NCBI GenBank assembly: GCA_002269645.1
Contig: NIVC01000725.1
Coordinates: 372,296-436,295 of the forward strand
Length of the DNA: 64,000 bases
Reading direction: 5' to 3'
From: Macrostomum lignano
Taxonomy: Eukaryota
Each line of letters begins with the position of its first letter. The first letter of the stretch is position 1. Under the pieces are notes generated by a model. It was not told the origin of the DNA. It searched no databases and saw only the letters and a program-made list of their open reading frames with translations. Below, in pieces: positions 1 to 11,452 of this stretch. The position numbers and the translations under genes were made by a program.

Positions 1-150
1 AAGACTTACTGGAAGAATAACTGAGATTCGAGACTTACTGGGGAGTTACTGAGATTTCAAGGCTTACTGGGGGAATTGCTGAGATGTCAAGGCTTACTGA
101 GAGGAATTGCTGAGATGTCAAGGCTTACTGGGGAAATTATTGAGATGTTA
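1..150. repeat. Degenerate ~30-bp tandem repeat running off the window start
   Basis: About 5 copies of aaggcttactggggraattgctgagatgtc-like units. Confidence 0.75.
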
Positions 151-521
151 TCAAGGCTTATGGCATATTGAGCTCCTGCTGCGGACCAGAATATGCCCAG
201 GCCAATGACGATATGCCCTAAGAGTTTGTGCTTGAAAGGATAAGTACTATTTGCTGAATGAGAAAGGGTTTTGGGCTGATGAAGGAAACTTTGGCTGGTG
301 AAGGTTTTGATTCATGGCAATTTATTTTTGCCAAAAATGAGAAAAAGTAAGTTTTGATTAATGGATTTTGAATAATAAGTAAGGTGATTACTCATTGGCC
401 AAAATAAAAACCACTTGGCGTCATTTTTGCGCCCCCCATCGGGGGGCGAAGATTGCTAGTAGAATCCTAATTTTCTAAACGGAAAGCTCTATGAATATCA
501 ATAGAGCTACTCGTATAAGAT

Positions 522-869
522 TTTTTTTATTAGAGGCAGGGGGGTTGTGTGCACCCTGGCGCACTTTAAGCGACATTGTCACACAACCGGCGAGAGGCAT
601 TACTGCCCATTCCGCCGACTCCCCTGAGCAGGCACACAAGCGCGCGGATACGTACGCAGGCACACACTCACAAAGGAGTGTACAGCGGCCCTAACTTTAT
701 ATTATCGTTAGGCATGTACACTTCACTGCGCCTTGGGGGGTTGGCTCTCAAGGCCGTTAATTACACGAGCAGAGCCAAGCCGAGATTCCAATTCAGCCCC
801 AAATTAATGTGACTGCACTTGGAATCGAGCCTGGCTCGCTGGCACGCCAGAGCGTGCGCTAGACCCCCT
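522..869 (-). mobile_element. tRNA-derived SINE family A, with 14-bp TSD
   Basis: Near-identical to 29784-30162. The minus strand has a B-box-like GGCTCGATTCC and an A-rich tail. TSD tactcgtataagat at 508-521 and 870-883. The tRNA head is partly 5'-truncated relative to copy 2. Confidence 0.9.
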
Positions 870-1086
870 TACTCGTATAAGATAGGCAAAGCATATTAAA
901 AGAATAACATTGGGTCTGTCTCCTATCGAAAGCAATAACAATTTTTGTGCTGAAAAATGATAGCTTCTTATCTACTTTAGTAGTAGTCCTTCTACTTTAG
1001 TGGTCCTTGAGTTTTACAAGTATATTAAATTTATAAAAAGTATAGAGGCTTGGCAAGCGCATTTTGTTTAAGTTTATGAAGCTCAC

Positions 1087-3965
1087 CTTTCCAGTGACTA
1101 GGGCGTAGAACAGGATGCCCAGGGACCACCAATCGACGCTGTGATTGTACGGCCGGCCGCAGAGCATCTCAGGTGCTGGAATGAACAGGTTGTGACCCAG
1201 CATTGCCCTAGGTCAGACAGAGGGGGAAGTGACCCCAGCCGGTAGTTTTACAATTAAATTCTGCTGAGCCATGCTTGGGTGAGCGAGATTATGCTAATTT
1301 TCTCTGCGCACTGGCCTAAGACTTTGGCCTGGTGCCAAAATGTTCTAAATAAACTTTCTAGTTGCATCTAGACTGCCTGATCAAACAATCTTGTTTTGAC
1401 GCTGAGGCCTTGCTTAAGTCATTAAACGAAAAGAACATATTCTTATTCGTGAATTGTATTTAACGGTGAATTAAAGGGGGTCTGTTGACCCAGAATAAAC
1501 CTAATTAATAAAGATGGAAAAAAGCTTCTTTAAACAAAGTAATTTAAAATTAATTTTGGTGCCTCGACTGCACGAAAGCTGCAACTGTTTACTGGGTGGC
1601 TGCTTTATCAAGTGCGCAGTTACTGCCAACTCTGGAATGGCATTTCAGGCATTTCAGCTGATTAATTCTTGTAGTATTTAAATTTCCAAGCCAACAATAC
1701 GCTTGTAACACTTTAACTTTATAATAAAGAAGTCAGAATTGCTGATTTGCCAAGCAATAAAATGACGGCGCAACATCGAGTCTTTGCTCAAAAAACTCCT
1801 ACTTGGTCAAAGTGCAACAACACTTGACGAAACCTCACCTGAGTAAGCCAGAGTACCGCACATGGTCCTCGTCACCTGACCCCTTCGAAGCCACTTGCTC
1901 AAGCCGAAGTCAATCAGTACGAGATGACCGTCCGAGTCCATGACGACATTCTCCAGCTTGAGGTCGCGAAACACGACACCAGAGTCGTGCAAGAAGTCGA
2001 TGGCGCAGGCCAGCTCAGCCAGGTAGAGTCTCGCCAACGACTCGGAGAATTTGCCGTGCAGTTTCCACAGGGCGAATAGTTCACCGTTGGGGAAGTACTC
2101 GAGCAACAGGTAGAGCCGCTTTCGAGTCTGCCAGTGGCTGAGCAGGCTGGCTACAAAACAGCTGCTCTTGCCTGACAGATCCGACTGGATGCTCACCTCC
2201 TCCTTGGCCTGCGACACCATGGCGTGGCATCTGTGCACCAGGCGGGCCTTGTCAATGACCTTGAATGAAATGTCGGAATCAAACGAGCCTCAGACAGGTA
2301 AATTTTTAAAAGAGCCTTAGCAGACTTGTCTTCTGTAGTATCGGAATGATCGAGTCTTGAAACTCGTTTCAAAAGACCAAGATTGTTACTCATATATCAT
2401 GAACTCGTTCGCATAATGGTGCGACTGATGCTAAAAGTATTTGTACTTTATGATTTAACTGTCTGCTAGTCTGTATAGTTAGCTTGACAAAAATGACGGG
2501 GTAATAAATTAAAAACGTCTTGAAAATTTCTGCAAGGCACGTCTCTGTCTCGATGCAACTCAGCTATAGCGTCTCAATTGCTCCATTTGCTTGCGAAGAA
2601 AGCATAAGCCGCAGTCATAAAACAGTTGTAACTTAATCTCAGATGAGCTCCAACGGCGACACTTGCGGCTGCATGGCGTTGTGCTTTTGGAGTCTGGCAA
2701 ATCCAGACAGATAGTAGCTACCCTGAGACAATGCTTGATACGAGCATGGCTCGGCATCACTGCATGCTAGCTTGCTTCTCTGGCTTTCGACTATTCATAA
2801 CTCATTTCCATAGAGCCTGCTGTTTCTGAGCCTATAGTTTCTGTTCATCTTTTTCAAGGCTAGAGTTCTCTCCGTCATAAATTTATGATTGAGAGAGAGA
2901 AAAAAGTTGTTTTTAAAGTGGTCTCGTGACAAGTAAGCGGTCTGGGCTGCTGGCCCTCTGTCACCCCGAAAGAAACCGCTAGCTTAGTAGTCAAATTATT
3001 TAGTTGTGAGTAATTAATCTAGACTAGTTAGCTAATAAAAATTCAGTGCAAAATAAAATGCAGCTTCCTAAATACTCTTTTGACTACACAATTTTACTTT
3101 AACGACTTGACTTGACAATCTACCATAGAGGGTAGAAAAGCGACTTAACGCTTTAAAAATTGGGTTTTAAAATCAAAACTGTGGCCTTCTTAATTGTTTA
3201 TTCGTAATTTTGCCATGCCATACAGAAGTAAACTACATATTTTTTGGTTTCTCAGAGATTACTTTTTGTTTAAATGCATTGCATCAACATCCCGAATGCT
3301 CCCGACAGCTATCGCTTCAAAGAATCTAATTGGGAGTTTGCGAGAAAACGGAAAACTTTGTATTCAACATCTACATGATTTTAATGCGATATTTCTGCCT
3401 ACATGTACTGTCGTTGATCCTTGTTGACATCCTTAACGTAGCTATATGCACTATATGCACTTATTATAATATGCACTTATATCTAGACTTACAATTGAAA
3501 AGTTCATCTCACCTTCAGCGCGTACTCTTTCTTGTCGTCGTCGCACCGGACTTTCAGCACATTCCCAAACGAACCGGCCGCGATGACGTCCAACACTTCG
3601 AAGCCGTCGAGCTCTTGCGGCCCGCAGCAGCGCACCGGATAATCTGGCAGGAACAGCGACTCAACGTTCGGCACCGGCCACTTGGACTTGGAGGCGCCGA
3701 ACTTGCTGAACAGCGTCGACCGGTGGATTCGCTTGCGACTTTCGCGGTTCCACTTGTTGGCGATGCGCCTCTGCGCCTCCGGGTCGTCAGGTGTCGATCG
3801 ACACTGCTTCAAGGCTTTCTGACAGTCTTTCGTGGCCGCCGCGGCGACGCTCAACCTGGAGGCCCATCGACGAAGTCGTCGAAAGGAGGTCTCGCGGCCA
3901 TTGAATGAGGCATGGCTGTCCTTGGCTGCCATGGCAACTAATTGTTGAGCTTGGCTGTTGCCCAT
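1087..3965 (-). CDS. RSKR: Ribosomal protein S6 kinase-related (SGK494-like) AGC kinase, 3' exons not located
   Basis: Exons 3965-3513, 2259-1839, 1175-1087 with GT-AG and matching phases. Motifs [55 protein letters not shown]. The N-terminal [17 protein letters not shown] resembles SGK494 WPVPQFINLFLPEFPIR (from memory). MGN start is a possible myristoylation site. Confidence 0.88.
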
Positions 3966-5009
3966 AATGGCTGATTTACTGTAAACTGTTTCAAAATTAG
4001 GCCGGCTATATACAAATATTTTGCTTGTTTAAAATAAATAAAAAACTTATGGATTTATGTTAGCTATATATTTTATAAATAAATTTTGGTAACGTCGCCA
4101 TAAGAAGGCTGTAATTTTAACTCTCATAATTTTCTAATATTAAAAGTGATTAGAATTAATATCTCATTGCAAATAAACAAATTGTTTACATAATTTTTGC
4201 ACGAATCTTAAAAATAATATGGCTTAATAATACTCTTTCAAGGAACAGCAGTTTAAATAAAAATTATTACAGAACCCTTAGCTTTCTTACCGATTCAAGT
4301 TTTTAACAGTCGCGCCGGAAAATCTAACACGAAAAATTAATGATTTAAAATAAATTACAGCACTTTGAAATCCTAGTTTGATTTTAAATGCAGTAAGTTA
4401 TCTTTTTTATTAAAAACTTCAATTTTAATAATTTTAATTAACTGCACTTTCAGTATCAGGCCAACACGCCTGCTTTATATACTCGCTAATTAAAAATAAA
4501 AAAACTGTTCGAATGCTGAAGTCAAAAAATACTTCTTTTTTATAAAATAAAATAAAAATACTACAAATCACTAAATTGTGCCTCTCTGACTCTATAAGCG
4601 GAAAATTTATAACATAAAATCTGTTTAAATGTGTCAAAAGTTTAAACGAAAAAATTACGGTTAAGATGTTCAACTTTTATCGGGGTCCGATTTCACCAGG
4701 TCGACCAACTCTTATCATATGCGCTGTAAAATAGTGAGCAAAGCCCTGCGTTTAGATTAGAGAACAGACAAGTGTAATGAGTTGTCTGTTCATACCAGCC
4801 TATAAAAACAGTTAAATGAATGTCAGAGTTAAGCTGCATGCTTTGACTCATACACAGTCCAGTTGACAACATTCAGGTGCTTTGTATTTTCACTTTCAGA
4901 GCAAAGACTAGAATGAAGTTTAGAAATAAAAACTCTGAGTCTGGCATTGCGCTAAGTATTAAGCCCCTGTTAAAGCTCTTCTATATTTTCTCTTTCTCCC
5001 CCTCTGACT

Positions 5010-5385
<376 letters not shown>

Positions 5386-5860
5386 AGTACCATAACAACA
5401 GAATTATCAATAATCGTTTCTACTACAAATTGGCACAGTCTACACTTATGTTGTGAACATTCTCAGTAGTATAAATGAATTAAATCTATGAAAATTTATG
5501 GAAATTCTCAATTCTCATTATTATTATATAAAACTGGCTGGCTTCAAATGCAAAGATGAATGGAGAGAATGAGTTAACCCCAATTACTCAAATTGGCAGC
5601 ACTGGGCAGCTGAGAGCAAATCAAATGGTTGCAGCAGTTCTCAACGATATAGTTTGCCAGGTGCGATTCAGACTACTTATCTTTTCACAATATGAGTAGC
5701 TAGTGTAGAATGTAATTATTGCGCGAGTATTTGTTTCAGAATGCGTGATGGAGCATTGATGTGAATAGTATATTGTGTGGTTCCTGACTGTCTCCCTCTG
5801 ATTCTACCCACTGCATTGAGATAGAAATGAAGCACTTTTGACCAGATACTCAGACCAATA

Positions 5861-6350
5861 TCTGCATGCTCTCAGTCTCCAGCAGACAGCTCCATCCTGA
5901 CAGAACCCTCTGCATGCTCTCAGTCTCCTGCAGTCAACTCCATCCTGACAGAACCCTCTGCATGCTCTCAGTCTCCTGCAGTCAACTCCATCATGACAGA
6001 ACCCTCTGCATGCTCTCAGTCTCCTGCAGTCAACTCCATCCTGACAGAACCCTCTGCATGCTCTCAGTCTCCTGCAGTCAACTCCATCCTGACAGAACCC
6101 TCTGCATGCTCTCAGTCTCCTGCAGTCAGCTCCATCATGACAGAACCCTCTGCATGCTCTCAGTCTCCTGCAGTCAACTCCATCCTGACAGAACCCTCTG
6201 CATGCTCTCAGTCTCCTGCAGTCAACTCCATCCTGACAGAACCCTCTGCATGCTCTCAGTCTCCTGCAGTCAACTCCATCCTGACAGAACCCTCTGCATG
6301 CTCTCAGTCTCCTGCAGTCAACTCCATCCTGACAGAACCCTCTGCATGCT
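5861..6350. repeat. 48-bp minisatellite, ~10 copies
   Basis: Unit ctctgcatgctctcagtctcctgcagtcaactccatcctgacagaacc. Confidence 0.95.
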
Positions 6351-7860
6351 CCAAAGGGCTTTAGCACCAGTGGCTTTAGCACCAGGGGCTTTAGCACCAG
6401 GGGCTTTAGCACCAGGGGCTTTAGCACCAGGGGCTTTAGCACCAGGGGCTTTAGCACCAGGGGCTTTAGCACCAGGGGCTTTAGCACCAAAGGGCTTTAG
6501 CACCAGTGGCTTTAGCACCAGTGGCTTTAGCACCAGTGGCTTTAGCACCAGTGGCTTTAGCACCAGTGGCTTTAGCACCAGTGGCTTTAGCACCAAAGGG
6601 CTTTAATGTAGCACCAGGGGCTTTAGCACCAAAGGGCTTTAGCACCAGTGGCTTTAGCACCAGTGGCTTTAGCACCAGTGGCTTTAGCATCAGTGGCTTT
6701 AGCACCAGTGGCTTTAGCACCAGTGGCTTTAGCACCAAAGGGCTTTAATGTAGCACCAGTGGCTTTAGCACCAAAGGGCTTTAGCACCAGGGCTTTAGCA
6801 CCAGTGGCTTTAGAACCAAAGGGCTTTAGCACCAGGGGCTTTAGCACCAGGGCTTTAGCACCAGGGGCTTTAGCACCAGGGCTTTAGCACCAGTGGCTTT
6901 AGAACCAAAGGGCTTTAGCACCAGGGCTTTAGCACCAGGGGCTTTAGCACCAGGGCTTTAGCACCAGGGGCTTTAGCACCAAAGGGCTTTAGCACCAGGG
7001 CTTTAGCACCAGGGGCTTTAGCACCAGGGCTTTAGCACCAGGGGCTTTAGCACCAGGGGCTTTAGCACCAGTGGCTTTAGCACCAAAGGGCTTTAGCACC
7101 AGTGGCTTTCGCACCAGGGGTGCCAGCACCAGGGGTGCCAGCACCAGGGGTGCCAGCACCAGGGGTGCCAGCACCAGGGGTGCCAGCACCAGGGGTGCCA
7201 GCACCAGGGGTGCCAGCACCAGGGGTGCCAGCACCAGGGGTGCCAGCACCAGGGGTGCCAGCACCAGGGGTGCCAGCACCAGGGGTGCCAGCACCAGGGG
7301 TGCCAGCACCAGGGGTGCCAGCACCAGGGGTGCCAGCATCAGGGGTGCCAGCACCAGGGGTGCCAGCACCAGGGGCTTTAGCACCAGGGGCTTTAGCACC
7401 AGGGGCTTTAGCACCAGGGGCTTTAGCACCAGGGGCTTTAGCACCAGGGGCTTTAGCACCAGGGGCTTTAGCACCAGGGGCTTTAGCACCAGGGGCTTTA
7501 GCACCAGGGGCTTTAGCACCAGGGGCTTTAGCACCAGGGGCTTTAGCACCAGGGGCTTTAGCACCAGGGGCTTTAGCACCAGGGGCTTTAGCACCAGGGG
7601 CTTTAGCACCAGGGGCTTTAGCACCAGGGGCTTTAGCACCAGGGGCTTTAGCACCAGGGGCTTTAGCACCAGGGGCTTTAGCACCAGGGGCTTTAGCACC
7701 AGGGGCTTTAGCACCAGGGGCTTTAGCACCAGGGGCTTTAGCACCAGGGGCTTTAGCACCAGGGGCTTTAGCACCAGGGGCTTTAGCACCAGGGGCTTTA
7801 GCACCAGGGGCTTTAGCACCAGGGGCTTTAGCACCAGGGGCTTTAGCACCAGGGGCTTCA
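6351..7860. repeat. 15-bp minisatellite, ~100 copies, with variant domains
   Basis: Unit gggctttagcaccag. A 12-bp gtgccagcaccagggg-type variant block lies at about 7110-7370. The array abuts the 48-mer array. Confidence 0.95.
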
Positions 7861-9089
7861 GCCAGAACACTGCATTTACAACCAGACATGGCTTTACTGC
7901 ATGCTCGGACGTGCAAGCTTCATCATTAGTACAAATTGTAGACTTACAAATACAATGTGGCTGAGTGATGCAGCTACCAAATATTTTAGAGATAACAAAC
8001 ACGGATTCTGGGTCTGAAACCTTTCCAGAAAACAAATTATTAATCCCCAGGCGACTGCAATGGGCGGCTCGCACCAGCTGCAGCCTCATCAATCAATTGG
8101 AATTCCACTGTGCCGGGAGAAAGACAACTGCATACAAAGGGAAATCTATAGTGGACCAATTAGCAAAAGGTCAGAATATATACATATAAGAGCTAGACAA
8201 AATCGGATTATTCTCCTCCAGACGAAATTGATAGTATTTGCGCAGCTAAAACAACTTTTGGCTATAGATATTTGCTTGTTACACTCCTTGAATCTCTTTG
8301 ATGTCCAGTAGTTTTTTTTATGAGAATTTAAGGTTTAAGAATGTTTGGGGGCAAAGAAGGGACAGAACAGCTCAATAATTAATAGCTACGAACTTCGATT
8401 AGTTTACGTACAGTTACTGGAAGTACTGGAAGTAAAAATTAACCAGCTTTGGGGGGGGGGGAGTTTGGGGTTTGGGGAAATCGACCAAAGGGAACTTTGA
8501 CGACCCCAACGTTTTCCGCCCCTCAAGAAAACGTTAAATCTCCACTTTTGTAACACTCTGACTTAGTCTTAGTTAACTCTCTCTACGTTTACCAAAGCTT
8601 CAGCTTTCTAGGTAACCCTCTGAACTGAGTCAACTTACCTTTTAACAGCTGTAAATCAGATACTTGCTGATGAACTCGATAAAACAGTCAGAGAAGCGCT
8701 TCTGATTTACTTTTGCCAGGTAGCAGCGTTGAACTACGCATATACGAGCCTATAGCGCTTAGGGAGTTAGACCAACCAATAGAGTATTCGAACTGCAGAA
8801 AAACATCTTTCCAAAAATAGGATCGGCCTTTGGTTGAGCCAATTCGTCTGATCCCCATGTCTAGAAGATGGGGTAGCCTGGTGGGTAAGTCTGTGGGTAA
8901 GTGTTGCATTAAATTAATGATTAAATACATTCCCTATTCTATTTTAAGATTTAAGAGTAAGGCAGCAGAGACAGCCCAAGTAAAATGCACTTCACCGCGA
9001 ATAGAAATTTAAAAAAAATTATCACAGTGTATTCGCCAAGCGAAATTCAAATAACTGATCAGCTGAACTTGGCTGCAATGGCTTCTGGT

Positions 9090-9378
9090 ATTTTGGACCC
9101 TTCAGCGACATCTGCCCATTCCACTGACGCGCACGCACTCCTACAAACGATCACACAAGGTGCAAAATGGCCCTGACCTTTAATCGTCATGCAGGTACAC
9201 TCACTCTATGTGCCTTGGGGGTTGGCCTTTACGGGTGTGATGAATCGCACGACAACCCAATGTTTCGTACACAAACAAGCCCCGAATGAATTTGTCCGGT
9301 CACGGAATCAAACCCAGGGTCGAGTCGCGAGAGTCAGACGTCTTTATCGGTCAACTACTCCGCTCCCAACTATTATGT
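9090..9378 (-). mobile_element. Diverged relative of SINE family A
   Basis: ctgcccattcc...ccctgacctttaatcgtcatgcaggtacactcactctatgtgccttgggggttggc aligns with the body of 522-869. The minus-strand head carries a B-box-like GGTTTGATTCC. Confidence 0.6.
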
Positions 9379-9617
9379 ATGATTTATGTAGTCATAATGT
9401 AGTTATGTAGTTAAGTTTATGACTTATAAAGCAATAAGCCTTCAAGCTTTGTGTAGACCATAGACTACGTCAGGCCCAACCCAGACTGTATCGATAAACT
9501 TCTCTTAATCTTTTAGACTTCTTAAGCATTAGCTTAAACTTTTAGTGGCTTATTAATCAGACTCGTGCGAGCCGAAAGCAGTCTGAGCGAAACGAAAAAC
9601 TAATAAGATCCAAAAAT

Positions 9618-10129
9618 ATGACGTCCACATCGGAACGAACAATTGCTGCTGTTCCTATCGACAGGTCGGCGACACCCACCAGCAGTCACGTCCCAGCGTC
9701 CGTGACACCGAAGCAGAACCATGAGTCCGACGTGCATAACATACTCTACGAGCCGTGTATTCGACCGTCCGGTATCCGTGGCAGCAGATGGTCGTTAGCT
9801 TCCGCCAGTCCCAGTAGAGACGAGTCGGAGCCTCTAAGGCAGCGTAAGTACATTTAGCTACTATTGTGTTGACAATGGGTTCAAGCGTAAGGAAGCCGAT
9901 GCAAAAAAGAAAAGCAATTCTATTTTGTTTCTAATTCCATATAGGCACCGTCGACAAGTCGGTCCAGACCTGCACCGGTCAACACGAATTTAATGCCCAA
10001 GTGGCCAACCCAATCGGCATGGACGTCAGCGACCAGAGCAACGAGGAGGTGCACACTGATGCAGGCGAGGGTAGCGAGCAGCTGTGCAGCAGCGGGGAGG
10101 TGAGGATGTCTGCCACCGGAGGCGAAGGT

Positions 10130-10162
<33 letters not shown>

Positions 10163-10567
10163 AGCGGGGTGAATCGCTCGCACAGTCAGGACAGCTTGAA
10201 CACCTGGCCGCCCCGATCGCCAGCCAATCGACATTTGAATTGCCGGGCCGCAGTGCACAGACGGAAGAGAATGAGAAGCGACTCAAGGCACGAGGAGCCA
10301 GCTGCTGCTGCTGCACCGTCGGGCGGCGCATTGGCAACGATGCCTCCGATGAACTGGACAGTGAGGCGGCTGGCCCCGAATCCACCTCGCAGCCAACGGC
10401 AGACCATACTGCGAATACGAGCCTCGAACTTAATACTCTATATCGTGATCGCCTGGCTCGTGTACGCGCTGTTCCAGGAGTCCTACATGTACCCGGCTTT
10501 CAATCGCTGTCCGGAAGTGATGAACAATGGACGCGGGTTTTCCACCCTTTCCCATCATCTGTATTGA
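9618..10567 (+). CDS. Uncharacterised 282-aa protein, disordered N-terminus with a single C-terminal TM helix
   Basis: Exon 9618-9843 (donor gtaagt) and exon 9945-10567 (acceptor tccatatag) join in frame. Contains a poly-Gly run and the hydrophobic segment LILYIVIAWLVYALF near the C-terminus. Confidence 0.7.
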
Positions 10568-11452
10568 TCCACGTTGAACTATGCTGAAGCTACGAGACAT
10601 TGGCTACTTGAACAAATTTTCTGTTGAATATTCACTGAATAGAGTCAAAGAAAGATTTAATTTTCGATGCAAAAATACATTGTGCTCGTTAAAAAGGGCA
10701 CCCGTCTGTTTTAAATTGAAATCGCCAAAACACAAAGGTATTTTATTAAGCGTTAAAACAATATTTTTGCTTGGTAAGATAGGTGTCAGATTCAAAAGTA
10801 AATCGTGACTTCGTGCAGTGCCTCACACGATATGCGATTGTTATTATTTGGCTCCATGCATGGAAATGACAGTGCCAATTCTCTCTAGATATAGCAATGC
10901 ACTTTGCAGGCCGCAAGGTCCTCCCTCACAGTGTTGTCAGAAGGAATGAGGAGATAGGGTTGGCTGTATAGAAAACGGCTACTTATTATTCACAGAAGAA
11001 GCGATTTAACTATCTGGAATGCTTCCGTGTGTCTCATTGTGGGATGTGGTTCGGGCTATGACTTCAGAGGAGCTTCAAGTAGGAAAAACTCTCCTAACCT
11101 CTGCATTGAGTGATATGGCGATGCGACTTCCCGGCCCGACGCCCCTCTCCTCACTGCAACAGCTGCGAAATGGGCCGATAAGCGATTCGATTCCGCCTCC
11201 CCCCACCTTGAGGCAATCGATTTCCTCTGAGACACGTCGCAGTCATTTCTGTCCGACCGGCGCTGGGTTAAGGATCGCCTCGGAGGAGAAAAATTCTCAA
11301 CGTTCCTCATTTTTTGAATTTCGACAAGCCAAAGAAGCCGAGGCTTTGCTGCTATTGCTGCAATATTCGAGGTCGACCGTCTGCAGGCGAAAACTTTATC
11401 AGGATTCTAATCGGAAACTTCATAACCCCGCTACAAAAGATAAAATTTGACA

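Noticed and set aside
150-260. Candidate terminal exon for the kinase (GISSLAWAYSGPQQELNMP*)
   Set aside because: It does not resemble kinase subdomains X-XI. The true 3' exons are probably left of the window.
5804-8092. Long ORFs such as (VLKPL)n, (GAKAP)n and (STRGF)n
   Set aside because: They are translations of 15- and 48-bp arrays that are open in several frames on both strands, with no splice or start context.
11019-11450. 143-aa ORF upstream of the FN2 gene
   Set aside because: No domain and no splice support. It probably overlaps the promoter or 5' UTR.
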